Assembly: GCA_937899865.1 (NCBI GenBank)
Contig: CALBRH010000054.1
Span: forward strand, 14,346 to 78,345
DNA length: 64,000 bases
Direction of reading: 5' to 3'
Origin: an uncultured euryarchaeote
GTDB taxonomy: Archaea > Thermoplasmatota > Poseidoniia > Poseidoniales > Poseidoniaceae
The position numbers and the translations under genes are program-made. Below the pieces are notes generated by a model, which made no database searches, was not told where the DNA came from, and was given only the letters and a program-made list of their open reading frames with translations. This document shows positions 9,763-19,846 of this stretch, one piece after another; within the stretch, counting starts at the first letter, position 1, and each line of letters opens with the position of its first letter.

Positions 9763-10392
9763 TTAAGAAAGCAACTTGTTGATTTGGTCTTGAGTTTGCA
9801 ATACAAAGCCGTCTTTCTTAGTAATTACTGCGAGATCCATGCCGTTGCCTGATGCAGCGTCACGCTGTCCCGATGCATGGAGGGCGCGGGCTGCAAGTTT
9901 CAATGCTTCGGCTTCAGACATATCTTCCCTAAAGCCATCTTCAAGAACACCGTACATGTATGGAGAACCCGAACCTGTTGCGCAGTAAACGTCTGGAATT
10001 GAGCCACCTGCAGAGTCAATAGAGTATACATGGCCACCGTCATCATCAACTCCGACAATCAATAATTGCACCCAATGAGGTCTACCTGAAAGAATATTTG
10101 CCGTTAATGTAGCAGCTCCTTTGACAGTCATTGGTTGCTGTCGGCGTAGTTCAAACAATGCAACTTCTGCTGATAGCGTTCTAGAAAGAGATTGAGCGTG
10201 CCCAACTAAACCGGCAGTTGTTAATGCCAGTTGGTCACCAATTTGGAATAATTTTTGAACAGATTTGTTGGCAATGAAGTGGCCCATTGTCGCTCTGTGG
10301 TCTGCTCCGACAACCACTCCCCCATTGAAAGTGATACCAAGAGTACTTGTTCCTGTTTTAAGCACATTAGTGTTGTTGTCCATCATCATCAC
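9763..10392 (-). CDS. psmB: Proteasome subunit beta
   Basis: Propeptide followed by KTG|TSTLGI (catalytic Thr); ADHRATMG; GSGSPY; RDAASG. Confidence 0.95.
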   Translation of the reverse strand: MMMMDNNTNVLKTGTSTLGITFNGGVVVGADHRATMGHFIANKSVQKLFQIGDQLALTTAGLVGHAQSLSRTLSAEVALFELRRQQPMTVKGAATLTANILSGRPHWVQLLIVGVDDDGGHVYSIDSAGGSIPDVYCATGSGSPYMYGVLEDGFREDMSEAEALKLAARALHASGQRDAASGNGMDLAVITKKDGFVLQTQDQINKLLS

Positions 10393-10553
10393 TTATCCCC
10401 TAAAGTCGGCACCTTTTGAACATTGGTACATAAACGCCTAGATTCCAATCTATTTGAATATTGATACTCGCCATCAGAGATTATTTTAACAAACGCATGT
10501 TTTGGCTCAAATTAATCGTAGTATTATTGAGATAGAAGTATTTAGACTAAGAT

Positions 10554-11132
10554 ATGAAGCGAAAGAAAGACGATGATCCCCATCAGTCTTCTTTAGATTC
10601 TTTTGCCAATATAGAATTGCCAAGTATGCCTGATTTAGACAAACTTGCAAAGGCTGATAAAATCCTCAAAGAAAATCAAACAAATGAGTCTGCAAAGCAA
10701 AATAAATCATTGAATACCTTTGACATGCCAAGTATGTCAAATACAAAAAAGAAAAATGATGTACCTTCAAAATTGATTTTCCACAACCTAGGGAACAAAT
10801 ATTCCGATCCTCCGATTACTTCAGGTGATACTGGATTAGTTGTTCATCGTGCTATTTTGAATGATATTACTGGAACTTCTACTTTACTTGACTGGTCTTC
10901 AGACGGGCATGCATCTATTGTTGAAATGGGACGGTTGATAAAAAGAGATACTGAATTCAGTGCTGCTTTAGATGCTCTGCACACATTTATCGAAGGCGAT
11001 TTAGGTGGCCAAATTATCCAAATAACAGACACTAGACTAATGTTACTACCTCCAGGATGTCGTGGTCTTAAAGGAGTGGAGATGGAAGCATTTGCAGCAG
11101 GTGCTGAAGAATTAGGTCGGAGACGGTTGTAA
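10554..11132 (+). CDS. SepF-like cell division protein
   Basis: The C-terminal core SIVEMGRLIKRDTEFSAALDALHTFIEGDLGGQIIQITDTRLMLLPPG resembles archaeal SepF; the gene is coupled to ZPR1, a pairing seen in other euryarchaea. Confidence 0.6.
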   Translation: MKRKKDDDPHQSSLDSFANIELPSMPDLDKLAKADKILKENQTNESAKQNKSLNTFDMPSMSNTKKKNDVPSKLIFHNLGNKYSDPPITSGDTGLVVHRAILNDITGTSTLLDWSSDGHASIVEMGRLIKRDTEFSAALDALHTFIEGDLGGQIIQITDTRLMLLPPGCRGLKGVEMEAFAAGAEELGRRRL

Positions 11133-11764
11133 TGCAAGAGTCGCCAGTCGACATTCCGTGTCCAATTTGCAACTTAGAAGGCAGTTTATACATGATTGCT
11201 CATGTTGATGAAATACCATATTTTGGCGAGCATACTCAAGTCACGGTAATGTGCCATTCGTGCGGTTGGAAACAAACTGATTTCATTCCAGCAGAAGGAA
11301 AGAAAGCTGGGTGTTGGTCACTGGTTTTGAACAATGCTGAACAATTAAAATCACGAGTTGTTAGATCATCATCTTGTACAATAAGAATTTCTGAATTAGA
11401 CTTACAAGTAAATCCTGGAAGCAATTCAACCGGATATGTCTCTAATATAGAGGGCGTCATAAATAGATTCTTGGAAGTAATAAATATGGTTTTGAGAGAT
11501 TTACAAAATGATGTTTCATCAAAACTAATCGAAAATGAAAGTACTGAATTAGGTCAAACAATTAAAGAAATTAATCAACTTGAAGAGATTATAGAAACAT
11601 TGTCCAACATAGGGAGTGAAGAACAAGAACCATTCACACTTGAGTTATTAGATCCCCATGGACATTCGATGATTATTGATGAGTCTGCAACAGAAAGAAG
11701 CTTGACCGATGAAGAAATTGCAACTTTGCCTACTGGCCCTGACCCTGCTGTTTTTTCTGCTTAA
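11132..11764 (+). CDS. ZPR1 zinc-finger protein
   Basis: CPIC...IPYFGE...CHSCGWK, RVVRSSS, PG...GYVSNIEGV, DPHGHSMI. Confidence 0.9.
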   Translation: MQESPVDIPCPICNLEGSLYMIAHVDEIPYFGEHTQVTVMCHSCGWKQTDFIPAEGKKAGCWSLVLNNAEQLKSRVVRSSSCTIRISELDLQVNPGSNSTGYVSNIEGVINRFLEVINMVLRDLQNDVSSKLIENESTELGQTIKEINQLEEIIETLSNIGSEEQEPFTLELLDPHGHSMIIDESATERSLTDEEIATLPTGPDPAVFSA

Positions 11765-13150
11765 TCAGCGTGAATCTAAGGCAAGAAATTCTTCAACCAA
11801 GTGTTCGGTTTGATTGCGCAACTCTAAATGATTACTCATCCACTCTGTAGCTTTATCAATGCATAATTGTTTCATTTCACCAGCTAAAATTTTTCCGTTT
11901 CGATAATCCGAATTTATCTCTGCAAGATAATTGTCATCTTGCTCAAAAAAGTACATCATATACTGATAAGCAACATCAATATCTGGATCGCCACCCAACC
12001 TTCGATGCTCTTCAATTGTCGATTGTCCGCCAGAATAAGCCTTCTTGATTTTCTTAGTAATTGAACCAATATCATCATCGAGGAAAATTGTTGTTTTTGG
12101 CTTGCTACTGCTCATCTTTTCCCCGGTCAAACCAACTGCAAAATGATGGTATGTTGAAGATGGCGCTAGTAGACCCATACCTCCTAGTCTCCTCTCTAAT
12201 TGAAGTAATTTCATTCTGATCGCATTCATATCTTTCTTTGTGGCACTAGGGACAACTATTGTACCTTGCTTCGGATTTGAATTGATATCTGAAAAACCAA
12301 GTTGAACTAGTTCCTCAACAATCATGCCAAAAATATTGGACACTTTGTTCTTATCTATTCTGCCATTAGGCATCTGACCTAATAGTTCAGCGTTTTCATC
12401 CTGTACCGATAATCCAATCAAAATTCCTGGGCCATTATTGTCTTTAATATTAAACCAGTTCGACTTAGATGCAATACCCCTTGTTAGTCTTAGGTGAGGG
12501 TCTTGGTCAACACCTACTGGCACCACTATTGGTCTTAATCCACCGAATTCATCCGTCTGAGGATGTAGTATATCTCCAACTTGAACCATTGGTGCTTGGA
12601 CATGAGCAAGGTTGGTATCTCCTTTGAAACCGTATATCGATTCAAACTCACTTAAATTTGTACGTTTTCCTAACTGAAAACCAAGTCGCTGAACTTCTGA
12701 ACGTGTTGATTGAAAATAGACATTTGTTAAATTAGGATCAAGTCCTAAAGCAGCATAATTTGCTACATATTCATTGAGGGCAATTTCTCTTCCTTTGGCG
12801 AGATTTACACCACGTGTTGCTTGACTTTCTAAATCGGCAACAGCAATAGTTACATCGCCACCCAACTTTTGGAACCATTTAACTTGCTCAATAACCATTG
12901 AATGACCCAAATGCATCCTGCCACTGGGCATTAGTCCCGTTAATACTCCAAATGAGTTGCCCATTTTTTGAGCATCCAATACAAGATCTAAATCTCTATG
13001 AGCGAAAACAATCCCTCTTCTATGCAAGTGAGACGGATCTGGTAAAGTTAGATTATTCAGGTTTGAAAGGCCAAATTGTTCAATTATCCTAGAATAATCT
13101 GTTGATTGAGTACTACTCCAAGGATCGATGTTTAATTCTCCATCACCCAT
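11765..13150 (-). CDS. trpS: Tryptophan--tRNA ligase (archaeal type, with insertion)
   Basis: TGLMPSGRMHLGH (HIGH-like), VPVGVDQDPHLRLTR, KMSSS, HRRLGGDPD. Confidence 0.95.
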   Translation of the reverse strand: MGDGELNIDPWSSTQSTDYSRIIEQFGLSNLNNLTLPDPSHLHRRGIVFAHRDLDLVLDAQKMGNSFGVLTGLMPSGRMHLGHSMVIEQVKWFQKLGGDVTIAVADLESQATRGVNLAKGREIALNEYVANYAALGLDPNLTNVYFQSTRSEVQRLGFQLGKRTNLSEFESIYGFKGDTNLAHVQAPMVQVGDILHPQTDEFGGLRPIVVPVGVDQDPHLRLTRGIASKSNWFNIKDNNGPGILIGLSVQDENAELLGQMPNGRIDKNKVSNIFGMIVEELVQLGFSDINSNPKQGTIVVPSATKKDMNAIRMKLLQLERRLGGMGLLAPSSTYHHFAVGLTGEKMSSSKPKTTIFLDDDIGSITKKIKKAYSGGQSTIEEHRRLGGDPDIDVAYQYMMYFFEQDDNYLAEINSDYRNGKILAGEMKQLCIDKATEWMSNHLELRNQTEHLVEEFLALDSR

Positions 13151-13225
13151 AGAAGTATCCCCCTTAAATGAAACTCATTAGACTTATTTCATCAAGCCTT
13201 CGATGAATATCGAACAATAAATGCG

Positions 13226-14425
13226 TTATTCTTCAGATTCTCGATTAGCTAGAGGTCCTAATCCTTCGCGCTTCAAAACTACTAGCATAGTCAAAATTGC
13301 TGTAGCACCTACTACTATTGCCGCATAGGGCAGCCAATCCGCATCTCCATCCATAGTTCTTGGTTCAAGTAGCCAAGTAAAAACTAAATCTTCTTGTCCA
13401 ACAAATCTCTTAGACCACTTGAACAAATCTGATGTTTCATGTGCAGCTATAGTTATTGCAGAAGTATGGTTATTCCAAAACTCGCTAATTCCCATGATAT
13501 CATATTCATCAGATTCAATTGTGATGTTTACAGATTTACCATCTGTAATGCTAAGGTGTAAATACTGGTTGGGAAGTTTACTATATCCCTCGCGAGTATG
13601 GCGTTGCTGAGTGATATTTTCAAGTGGTTCACCGTCTGCTGAAATATTGATTATATCCGAACTACCAATATCTAACATCCATGTGATTGGTACATTCCAT
13701 CTCTCTGGCAATAAGTTTGTACATTGTTCTTTAATCAATGATTCAAAATTAAGAATATAATTTTCACCTTGGCTAATAATTGAATGATCAAACTCATAGC
13801 ATTTACTCTTAGCCCAATAGGACCATGATTGACCCCATGTAGTCAACCAAGCATCTGCATCATTAGAGATATAATCTTCAATATCGGAATCATGTCTAAT
13901 CGTAGCCTCATGAACCCTACCTATCCAGTAAAGATTAACCAAGCCACCCTCTTCTACAGCCTCTTTCACATCATCTACTGAACCAATAATTTGCTCGAGA
14001 CTTCCACCCCTGCGACCTAAATTATACCAATCCCAAAGATCCTCGGGGACATCTGAACTATTATGCCAAGCAGTATAATCTAAGCCATTTAAGTCTCCAT
14101 GGACAACAAATCCTTGCTTAGAAATTATTTGATGTTGAGACATTGACAAGTCATTTGGAGTGTAGGTAGAAATAGGATTTTCTCCCCAAATACTCGCTTC
14201 AGTGCGCTGTTCTATATATTGTCGGCATTCTCCGGCAACTGCGCCTGGATCGTTCTCCCAAGACAAGCCAGGGATATCATAACACCCAAATTCATCGCCA
14301 TTGTTCAATCGCTCTTTGACAAGATTAGTGTTTAGCCAACCATCTTCTTCCCACTCAACATCTGCAATGACAGCAGGAGAAAAAACCAATCCTAAAACGA
14401 GAAGAAGAACACAAAATGAATTCAT
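13226..14425 (-). CDS. Secreted, C-terminally membrane-anchored hypothetical protein
   Basis: Signal peptide from ATG 14425 (MNSFCVLLLVLGLVFSPAVIA), Trp-rich extracellular region, C-terminal TM helix followed by KRE. Confidence 0.7.
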   Translation of the reverse strand: MNSFCVLLLVLGLVFSPAVIADVEWEEDGWLNTNLVKERLNNGDEFGCYDIPGLSWENDPGAVAGECRQYIEQRTEASIWGENPISTYTPNDLSMSQHQIISKQGFVVHGDLNGLDYTAWHNSSDVPEDLWDWYNLGRRGGSLEQIIGSVDDVKEAVEEGGLVNLYWIGRVHEATIRHDSDIEDYISNDADAWLTTWGQSWSYWAKSKCYEFDHSIISQGENYILNFESLIKEQCTNLLPERWNVPITWMLDIGSSDIINISADGEPLENITQQRHTREGYSKLPNQYLHLSITDGKSVNITIESDEYDIMGISEFWNNHTSAITIAAHETSDLFKWSKRFVGQEDLVFTWLLEPRTMDGDADWLPYAAIVVGATAILTMLVVLKREGLGPLANRESEE

Positions 14426-14578
14426 TGCTCTCCTCAACTTACCACTACCCGGACATAAACTGCTCAAATAACATGTTTTTCATACTTCGTATTTGAAACA
14501 AAAAAAATCTGTCGCAAAAACTAACTTTTTTTAAAATCATCAAAGTAACTATCAAAGAGTATACCTCATGCAGAATGT

Positions 14579-15367
14579 ATGAACAAGCCACTGGCCAGTA
14601 TCGAAGATGCTTGGCAGTTATTAGAAAATCATTGGAAAATTGAGCCGCATAATGGCGGCATTTCTTATACACCAGGATACTCAATAATACGGTTTATTTT
14701 CTCCCCTATAATCAGGAGTTGGGCGAGGATTAGGGCTACTGGTTCCGAAAATATACCTGGAAAGGGTGCAACTATCTTTGCTGCAAATCATCTTTCACAT
14801 GTAGATCCGATTTTAGTTATCGCTTCTTCTAGAAGAAAGGTTCATTATCTAGCAAAAGATGGTCACTTTAAGAATTTCTTTTTACGACTTATCATGAATC
14901 TAACTGGTCAAATTGAAACACATCGTGAAGCTGGTGGAGAAGAAGCATTAGCTAGTGCAGCAGATGTATTAGCTGACAATTCAGCATTAGGGATTTTTCC
15001 TGAAGGAACAAGATCTAAGAAAACTGAACACCCATTTTTATTACCAGGTAAAACAGGCATTGCTAGACTTGCTGCTTCATTCCCAAATGCCATAGTAATC
15101 CCAATTGCCTTAATTGGCACTAGAGAAATGATGGCTCCACAAAAGGATAAATTGCCAAAGTTGTGGCGTCCAGTTAAGGTAAATTTTGGACAAAGAATTA
15201 CTTGGTATGAATGGCTTCAGGACCCTAATGGAGGGGCAATGACTTCCGATATTTTAGAGCAAATTTCTAAGCAAGAAAAGCATGAAATAAAATCTACTAT
15301 ATCAAGCCTATATAGAAAATTCACTGACCAACTAATGCAGAGTATCAGTTCTTTGGGAGCACCTTAA
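14579..15367 (+). CDS. 1-acyl-sn-glycerol-3-phosphate acyltransferase (PlsC family)
   Basis: NHLSHVD (HX4D), FPEGTRS, GKTGIARLA. Confidence 0.85.
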   Translation: MNKPLASIEDAWQLLENHWKIEPHNGGISYTPGYSIIRFIFSPIIRSWARIRATGSENIPGKGATIFAANHLSHVDPILVIASSRRKVHYLAKDGHFKNFFLRLIMNLTGQIETHREAGGEEALASAADVLADNSALGIFPEGTRSKKTEHPFLLPGKTGIARLAASFPNAIVIPIALIGTREMMAPQKDKLPKLWRPVKVNFGQRITWYEWLQDPNGGAMTSDILEQISKQEKHEIKSTISSLYRKFTDQLMQSISSLGAP

Positions 15368-15424
15368 CATTCTCTTGTTCAAAATTATCAAATGCTGGCT
15401 ACCATTGGTAGGTTTGGTGATGGT

Positions 15425-16219
15425 GTGGAACAATATCTAAGTCTAATTCGCAGAATCCTAAATGAGGGTGAACAGAAAGGCGATAGAACAGGCACTGGGA
15501 CGCTATCAGTATTTGGACATCAAATGAGATTTGATTTATCTAAAGGATTTCCCATGGTCACTACAAAAAAATTACATTTGAAATCTATAGTTTACGAATT
15601 GCTTTGGTTCCTCAAAGGAGATACCAATGTCAAATATCTGCAAGAAAATGGTGTCAGAATATGGAACGAATGGGCTGATGAGAATGGTGACCTTGGACCA
15701 GTTTATGGTAAGCAGTGGCGTAAATGGGAAGCAAAAGATGGCCGTATTATCGACCAAGTTGAAGATGCTATTGAGATGATTAAGAAAAATCCAAACAGTC
15801 GAAGAATCATTGTCTCTGCTTGGAATGTTGGTGAATTAGATGAAATGGCACTCATGCCATGTCATGCCTTTTTCCAATTTCATGTAGCAAATGGAAAACT
15901 GAATTGCCAATTGTATCAAAGAAGTGCTGATGTATTTCTTGGAGTGCCATTTAATATTGCATCATATGCATTGCTTACTCATATGATGGCGCAAGTTTGT
16001 AATTTACAACCGGGAGTCTTTGTTCACACAATTGGTGATGCACACCTTTACAATAATCATTTAGATCAAGCAAAACTACAAATTACTCGAGAACCAATGG
16101 CTTTACCTAAATTGAAATTAAATCCTGAAATTACCGATATAGACAATTTTGACTTTGATGATATAGAAGTTCTAGATTATCAACATCATCCTCATATTTC
16201 AGCACCAATTGCAGTTTGA
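15425..16219 (+). CDS. thyA: Thymidylate synthase (bacterial-type ThyA)
   Basis: [41 protein letters not shown] at 15425 follows a GGTGA RBS and matches the usual MxQYL start. Confidence 0.97.
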   Translation: MEQYLSLIRRILNEGEQKGDRTGTGTLSVFGHQMRFDLSKGFPMVTTKKLHLKSIVYELLWFLKGDTNVKYLQENGVRIWNEWADENGDLGPVYGKQWRKWEAKDGRIIDQVEDAIEMIKKNPNSRRIIVSAWNVGELDEMALMPCHAFFQFHVANGKLNCQLYQRSADVFLGVPFNIASYALLTHMMAQVCNLQPGVFVHTIGDAHLYNNHLDQAKLQITREPMALPKLKLNPEITDIDNFDFDDIEVLDYQHHPHISAPIAV

Positions 16220-16228
16220 GTTGGTAAA

Positions 16229-16702
16229 ATGTTAACAATGATTTTTGCTTGTGATTTACAAAATGCCATTGGTAAAGATGGTGATTTGCCTTGGCGACAA
16301 TCTACAGATTTACAGCACTTCAAAAAAATCACCCTTGGAGGAACTATTGTAATGGGTAGAAAAACTTGGGAAAGTCTGCCTGGAAAATTACCTGAGCGTA
16401 GACACTTAGTGATGACTCGAGGACATCGTGATGATATAGAAACCACAACATTTGAAGAAGTGATTAAGTTGTCAATGGAGCAAAATGTATTCATTATTGG
16501 TGGTGGAGAGATATATTCTTTATTCTTACCTCATATCGAGAAAATTTATCGAACAATAATTCATTGTAATGTCGAGCAACCAGATACATTTGCTCCAGAA
16601 ATTGATGAAGATCTCTTTTCAGTTTCAGAAACAAAATTTGTCGAAAAATCTGATAAAGATCAATATGATATGACATTTGAAATATTGGTTAAAGGAAGCT
16701 GA
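16229..16702 (+). CDS. folA: Dihydrofolate reductase
   Basis: AIGKDGDLPW...DLQHFK, MGRKTWESL, IIGGGEIY; directly follows thyA. Confidence 0.95.
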   Translation: MLTMIFACDLQNAIGKDGDLPWRQSTDLQHFKKITLGGTIVMGRKTWESLPGKLPERRHLVMTRGHRDDIETTTFEEVIKLSMEQNVFIIGGGEIYSLFLPHIEKIYRTIIHCNVEQPDTFAPEIDEDLFSVSETKFVEKSDKDQYDMTFEILVKGS

Positions 16703-16703
16703 T

Positions 16704-17075
16704 TTAATCTTGATTTTGGTACTCAGTGACTCTTACTCCAAGCCTACCAGTTAAGGCTTTACGTTGCATTATTCGATGATACTTCTTTTCAAATGCTGCT
16801 TTCAAGTCAATTTTCATTGCTATTGAATGACCCATTAACAAAATCAATACATCAGCCATCTCTTCAGCACACTCTTCTAACGGCTTACCCTTGGTAATTG
16901 CAGCAGATAATTCACCCAATTCTTCAACCGTCAATGCAATTCGATAGCCCATGTCATGGCCATTTTTGCCAGCGAAATCATGCTTGTGATGGAATTCCGC
17001 GACTTTTTTCATCATTGTTTCCCATTCATTTGTTGGAGAATATTCAACCCAGTCTACAACATCTTTACCGTCCAT
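16704..17075 (-). CDS. MazG-like nucleotide pyrophosphohydrolase
   Basis: EELGEL...EEMADV acidic motif. Confidence 0.8.
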   Translation of the reverse strand: MDGKDVVDWVEYSPTNEWETMMKKVAEFHHKHDFAGKNGHDMGYRIALTVEELGELSAAITKGKPLEECAEEMADVLILLMGHSIAMKIDLKAAFEKKYHRIMQRKALTGRLGVRVTEYQNQD

Positions 17076-17109
17076 GAATGAGGTATAACATGGAGCAGAA
17101 TATAACTTA

Positions 17110-17910
17110 CTAATTTGCTAGGACAGAAAAAATACAATGCATAACCGGATTTAACCTATCATTAGCTTGGGAGGAAACTGATTCATGAGATAGTTCTGCA
17201 CTTGGGTCACCTGGTTCTCGACCAGCTGCCCAGTTTGAAGAAATACAGATTGCTGAATAAGGTATTTCCATTTCATTGGCTAACTTAACTTCTCTTGGCA
17301 TTGTCATACCAACCATTTCTCCTCCCAATTTTTCAATAGCATCAACTTCTGCACGGGTTTCAAAATGCGGACCTTGAGCAAGCCAATATGTGTAGTACAT
17401 TTTTTCGTCATGCGTTAAATTTTGAGTTGATCTTAATACAGATTCAAGTTTTTCATTTAATTTCTTTGAGAATGGTTCAGTAACTGATGTAAATACTGCA
17501 AATGTGTCGTTAAAACTGGTTGCAATACCTGAAAAATCGATATATTGTCCTGCTAATGCTACTTTTCCAGGTGGTAAATCTTTGGCAAGAGATCCAATTG
17601 AGCAAACAGAAATTATTACATCGCAACCGGAATTGATTAATGCGCTAATATTGGCTTTGTGATTTATCATGTGAGGAGGTTTGTTTGATTCTCCATTATT
17701 ATGATGTCTTTGTAAAAATATCAACTCTTTTGGTTTGCCGCCATAGGTCATTGAAATGCATTTTAGAGGAACTTCACCATACTTTGTCTCTACAGTTACT
17801 TCATCAGTTCTAGTAATTCCTAAATGATACTCTGATAGAGTATCTAAGTAATCACTTCCTAAATCAATAGAGATAAGTCCAGTTCCACCAATAATGCCAA
17901 TGCGTTCCAT
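17110..17910 (-). CDS. MTAP-family purine nucleoside / methylthioadenosine phosphorylase
   Basis: GIIGGTG, PPHMINHKANI, GPHFETRAE, VGMT, SSNWAAG. Confidence 0.85.
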   Translation of the reverse strand: MERIGIIGGTGLISIDLGSDYLDTLSEYHLGITRTDEVTVETKYGEVPLKCISMTYGGKPKELIFLQRHHNNGESNKPPHMINHKANISALINSGCDVIISVCSIGSLAKDLPPGKVALAGQYIDFSGIATSFNDTFAVFTSVTEPFSKKLNEKLESVLRSTQNLTHDEKMYYTYWLAQGPHFETRAEVDAIEKLGGEMVGMTMPREVKLANEMEIPYSAICISSNWAAGREPGDPSAELSHESVSSQANDRLNPVMHCIFSVLAN

Positions 17911-17937
17911 AGAGCATCACCAAATGGTGGAAGGAAA

Positions 17938-18906
17938 TTATTCCTCTAGTCGAGAAATCAAGTCTGCTTTCTTACCGGATACTGGTTTCCCAGCAGCCTT
18001 TAGAAGTTCCTTTAACTCTGCAACAGTCATACTACTATAATCAACTGCTTCAGCCTCAGAAACCTCTTCTGCGGCTTCTGCTGCTGACTCTTCGACTGCA
18101 GGAGCATCTTCCTCAGCATCTTGCTTTTCTGATTCAGGCTCCATCGCTTCTGCTGCATCTAGAATGGAAGGAGAATCTTCTTCGGTATCTTCTTCCATTG
18201 CTGCTTCGAGAGCTGCTGCTTTCTTTGCTTTCAATTCTGCAGCAACACGCTTTTCTTCAGCATGAATCTCATCAAGTGTTGGTCCTTTCTCAGTGACTAC
18301 ACCTGATTGAAGAAGTTGACTCTTTCTAATTGCGACTGACTTGATTGGATAAATTGGCTTGACTGCTTTTCTAATATCCTCTTCTAATTCGCCACCTAAA
18401 ATTGACTCTTGAAGTTTAGAATAAGTGTTCTTAGCTGCATAACCAAGTAGTAATTCTCTAGTCTTTGAGCGCATTACTTGTTTTACTGATGTTTGAACTC
18501 TCTTTTGAGTGATAATTAATGGCTTTAGCCTTACAAGATATCCATCAGTAGTCACAACATCAACAACATCATCTATCTTACCGCGGTAACGACGAATTTG
18601 TCTTCGGGTATGATCTGTTTGATGGTGGTGGCCGATGAAGGTAGTCAAAGCATCTTGCCCGACACACTCATGCACTCTAAATCTCAAAATTACATGCATC
18701 TTGGTGAAATCGCCATTGAATTCCTGCAAAGTCATTTCATAAACTCTGCCAACAATAGATTCGTCAGACTCTCCCAAAGTTTCTCCGATGTTCTTGAAGT
18801 CCCATGGATGTCGTGGCGCACGTATTGTGTACCATCGCTTCATCTTCCACTTGTCACGCTGCTTACGTGCTAACGCACGCCCTTTTGCACTCACTTTCTT
18901 TGCCAT
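17938..18906 (-). CDS. rps3ae: 30S ribosomal protein S3Ae (eS1) with acidic linker and C-terminal SAP-like domain
   Basis: RDKWKMKRWYTIRAP, GRVYE, TTDGYLVRL, IYPIKSVAIRKS; tail YSSMTVAELKELLKAAGKPVSGKKADLISRL. Confidence 0.92.
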   Translation of the reverse strand: MAKKVSAKGRALARKQRDKWKMKRWYTIRAPRHPWDFKNIGETLGESDESIVGRVYEMTLQEFNGDFTKMHVILRFRVHECVGQDALTTFIGHHHQTDHTRRQIRRYRGKIDDVVDVVTTDGYLVRLKPLIITQKRVQTSVKQVMRSKTRELLLGYAAKNTYSKLQESILGGELEEDIRKAVKPIYPIKSVAIRKSQLLQSGVVTEKGPTLDEIHAEEKRVAAELKAKKAAALEAAMEEDTEEDSPSILDAAEAMEPESEKQDAEEDAPAVEESAAEAAEEVSEAEAVDYSSMTVAELKELLKAAGKPVSGKKADLISRLEE

Positions 18907-18918
18907 CGATATCAACTC

Positions 18919-18964
18919 GGTTAGTCTTGCGGGGGCTACCCCACTTGCAAGTTGCCGACTAACC
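18919..18964 (-). promoter_or_regulatory. Putative structured 5' leader hairpin upstream of rps3Ae
   Basis: Nested inverted repeats GGTTAGT/ACTAACC, CTTGC/GCAAG and GGGG/CCCC, ending just before the RBS-like GAGTTGA and the ATG. Confidence 0.45.
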
Positions 18965-19053
18965 TCCCCTATTTGAAAGAGACTATTGTAAACCGCAACA
19001 AATTAACTGGCATAATCAACAAACCTCATCAACAACTAATCAATCCAATAATC

Positions 19054-19470
19054 ATGGCGATACACCATATCAACTGTCGTACTGCATCTAGTGGAATCGA
19101 CAATTTGGCTACAATTGTTGATGCTATGACATGGTTGTGTGGTGATGAAGAATTACTTTTAATTGATCGAACAACCTCTTTTCATGGTTCAGAAATCAAT
19201 CTCATAACATCACATATTTCCAAAAATCGTGATATAAAATCATTTGTTGACAAACTTAAGCAAGCTGACTTGTTGAAGATTTCTGAAAACCTTTCAGATA
19301 GAATTGATGACAGCAATATTCTTCATTTTAGAATTTGCCTCGATTCTTTGATAAGTGGAGAAATTAGCCTCGCAGAAGCAGACAAAAAAACTGTGAAATG
19401 TTCAATTAAAATTGAAGTATATCCAGGTCAAAATGCTGTTGAAGAAATAACTAATTTTTTAGGATTGTAA
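19054..19470 (+). CDS. Archaeal RNA-binding protein (DUF54-like)
   Basis: TSFHGSEINL, RIDDSNILHFRICLD, KIEVYPG match this archaeal family; divergent from rps3Ae. Confidence 0.7.
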   Translation: MAIHHINCRTASSGIDNLATIVDAMTWLCGDEELLLIDRTTSFHGSEINLITSHISKNRDIKSFVDKLKQADLLKISENLSDRIDDSNILHFRICLDSLISGEISLAEADKKTVKCSIKIEVYPGQNAVEEITNFLGL

Positions 19471-19553
19471 TGAAAAAATAATTACTTTGAAATTTAAGGT
19501 AAATCACAAGAGGTTAAGTATTCTAAGTGTGTCGGCTGAATGAGGAGAAAATT

Positions 19554-19829
19554 ATGCCACACGTTGTAACATCCCCATGTGTTAACCACAAGTATCAGGA
19601 ATGTGTTGCAGTATGCCCTGTTGACGCATTTAGAGAAGCAGAAACATATCTAGTAATCGACCCAGACGAATGCATAGACTGTGGCGCATGCATACCAGAG
19701 TGTCCAGTCGATGCTATCTTCGCTGATACAGATGTACCTGATGAAGAAGAAGAATGGATCGATAGAAATGCTGACGAATCAGTTGATGCTGAAGTTGCCG
19801 AAGGCGAGTCGCCCGTTCTAGCAGACTAA
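19554..19829 (+). CDS. Ferredoxin (bacterial FdxA-like 7Fe type)
   Basis: [21 protein letters not shown]; [21 protein letters not shown]; GAGGAG RBS before ATG 19554. Confidence 0.9.
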   Translation: MPHVVTSPCVNHKYQECVAVCPVDAFREAETYLVIDPDECIDCGACIPECPVDAIFADTDVPDEEEEWIDRNADESVDAEVAEGESPVLAD

Positions 19830-19846
19830 ACTTAGGATGTTTTTCT

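Noticed and set aside
13226-14425. Polysaccharide deacetylase-like assignment
   Set aside because: Only a faint resemblance (GGLVNLYW, DAWLTTWGQ) with no catalytic motifs; left as hypothetical.
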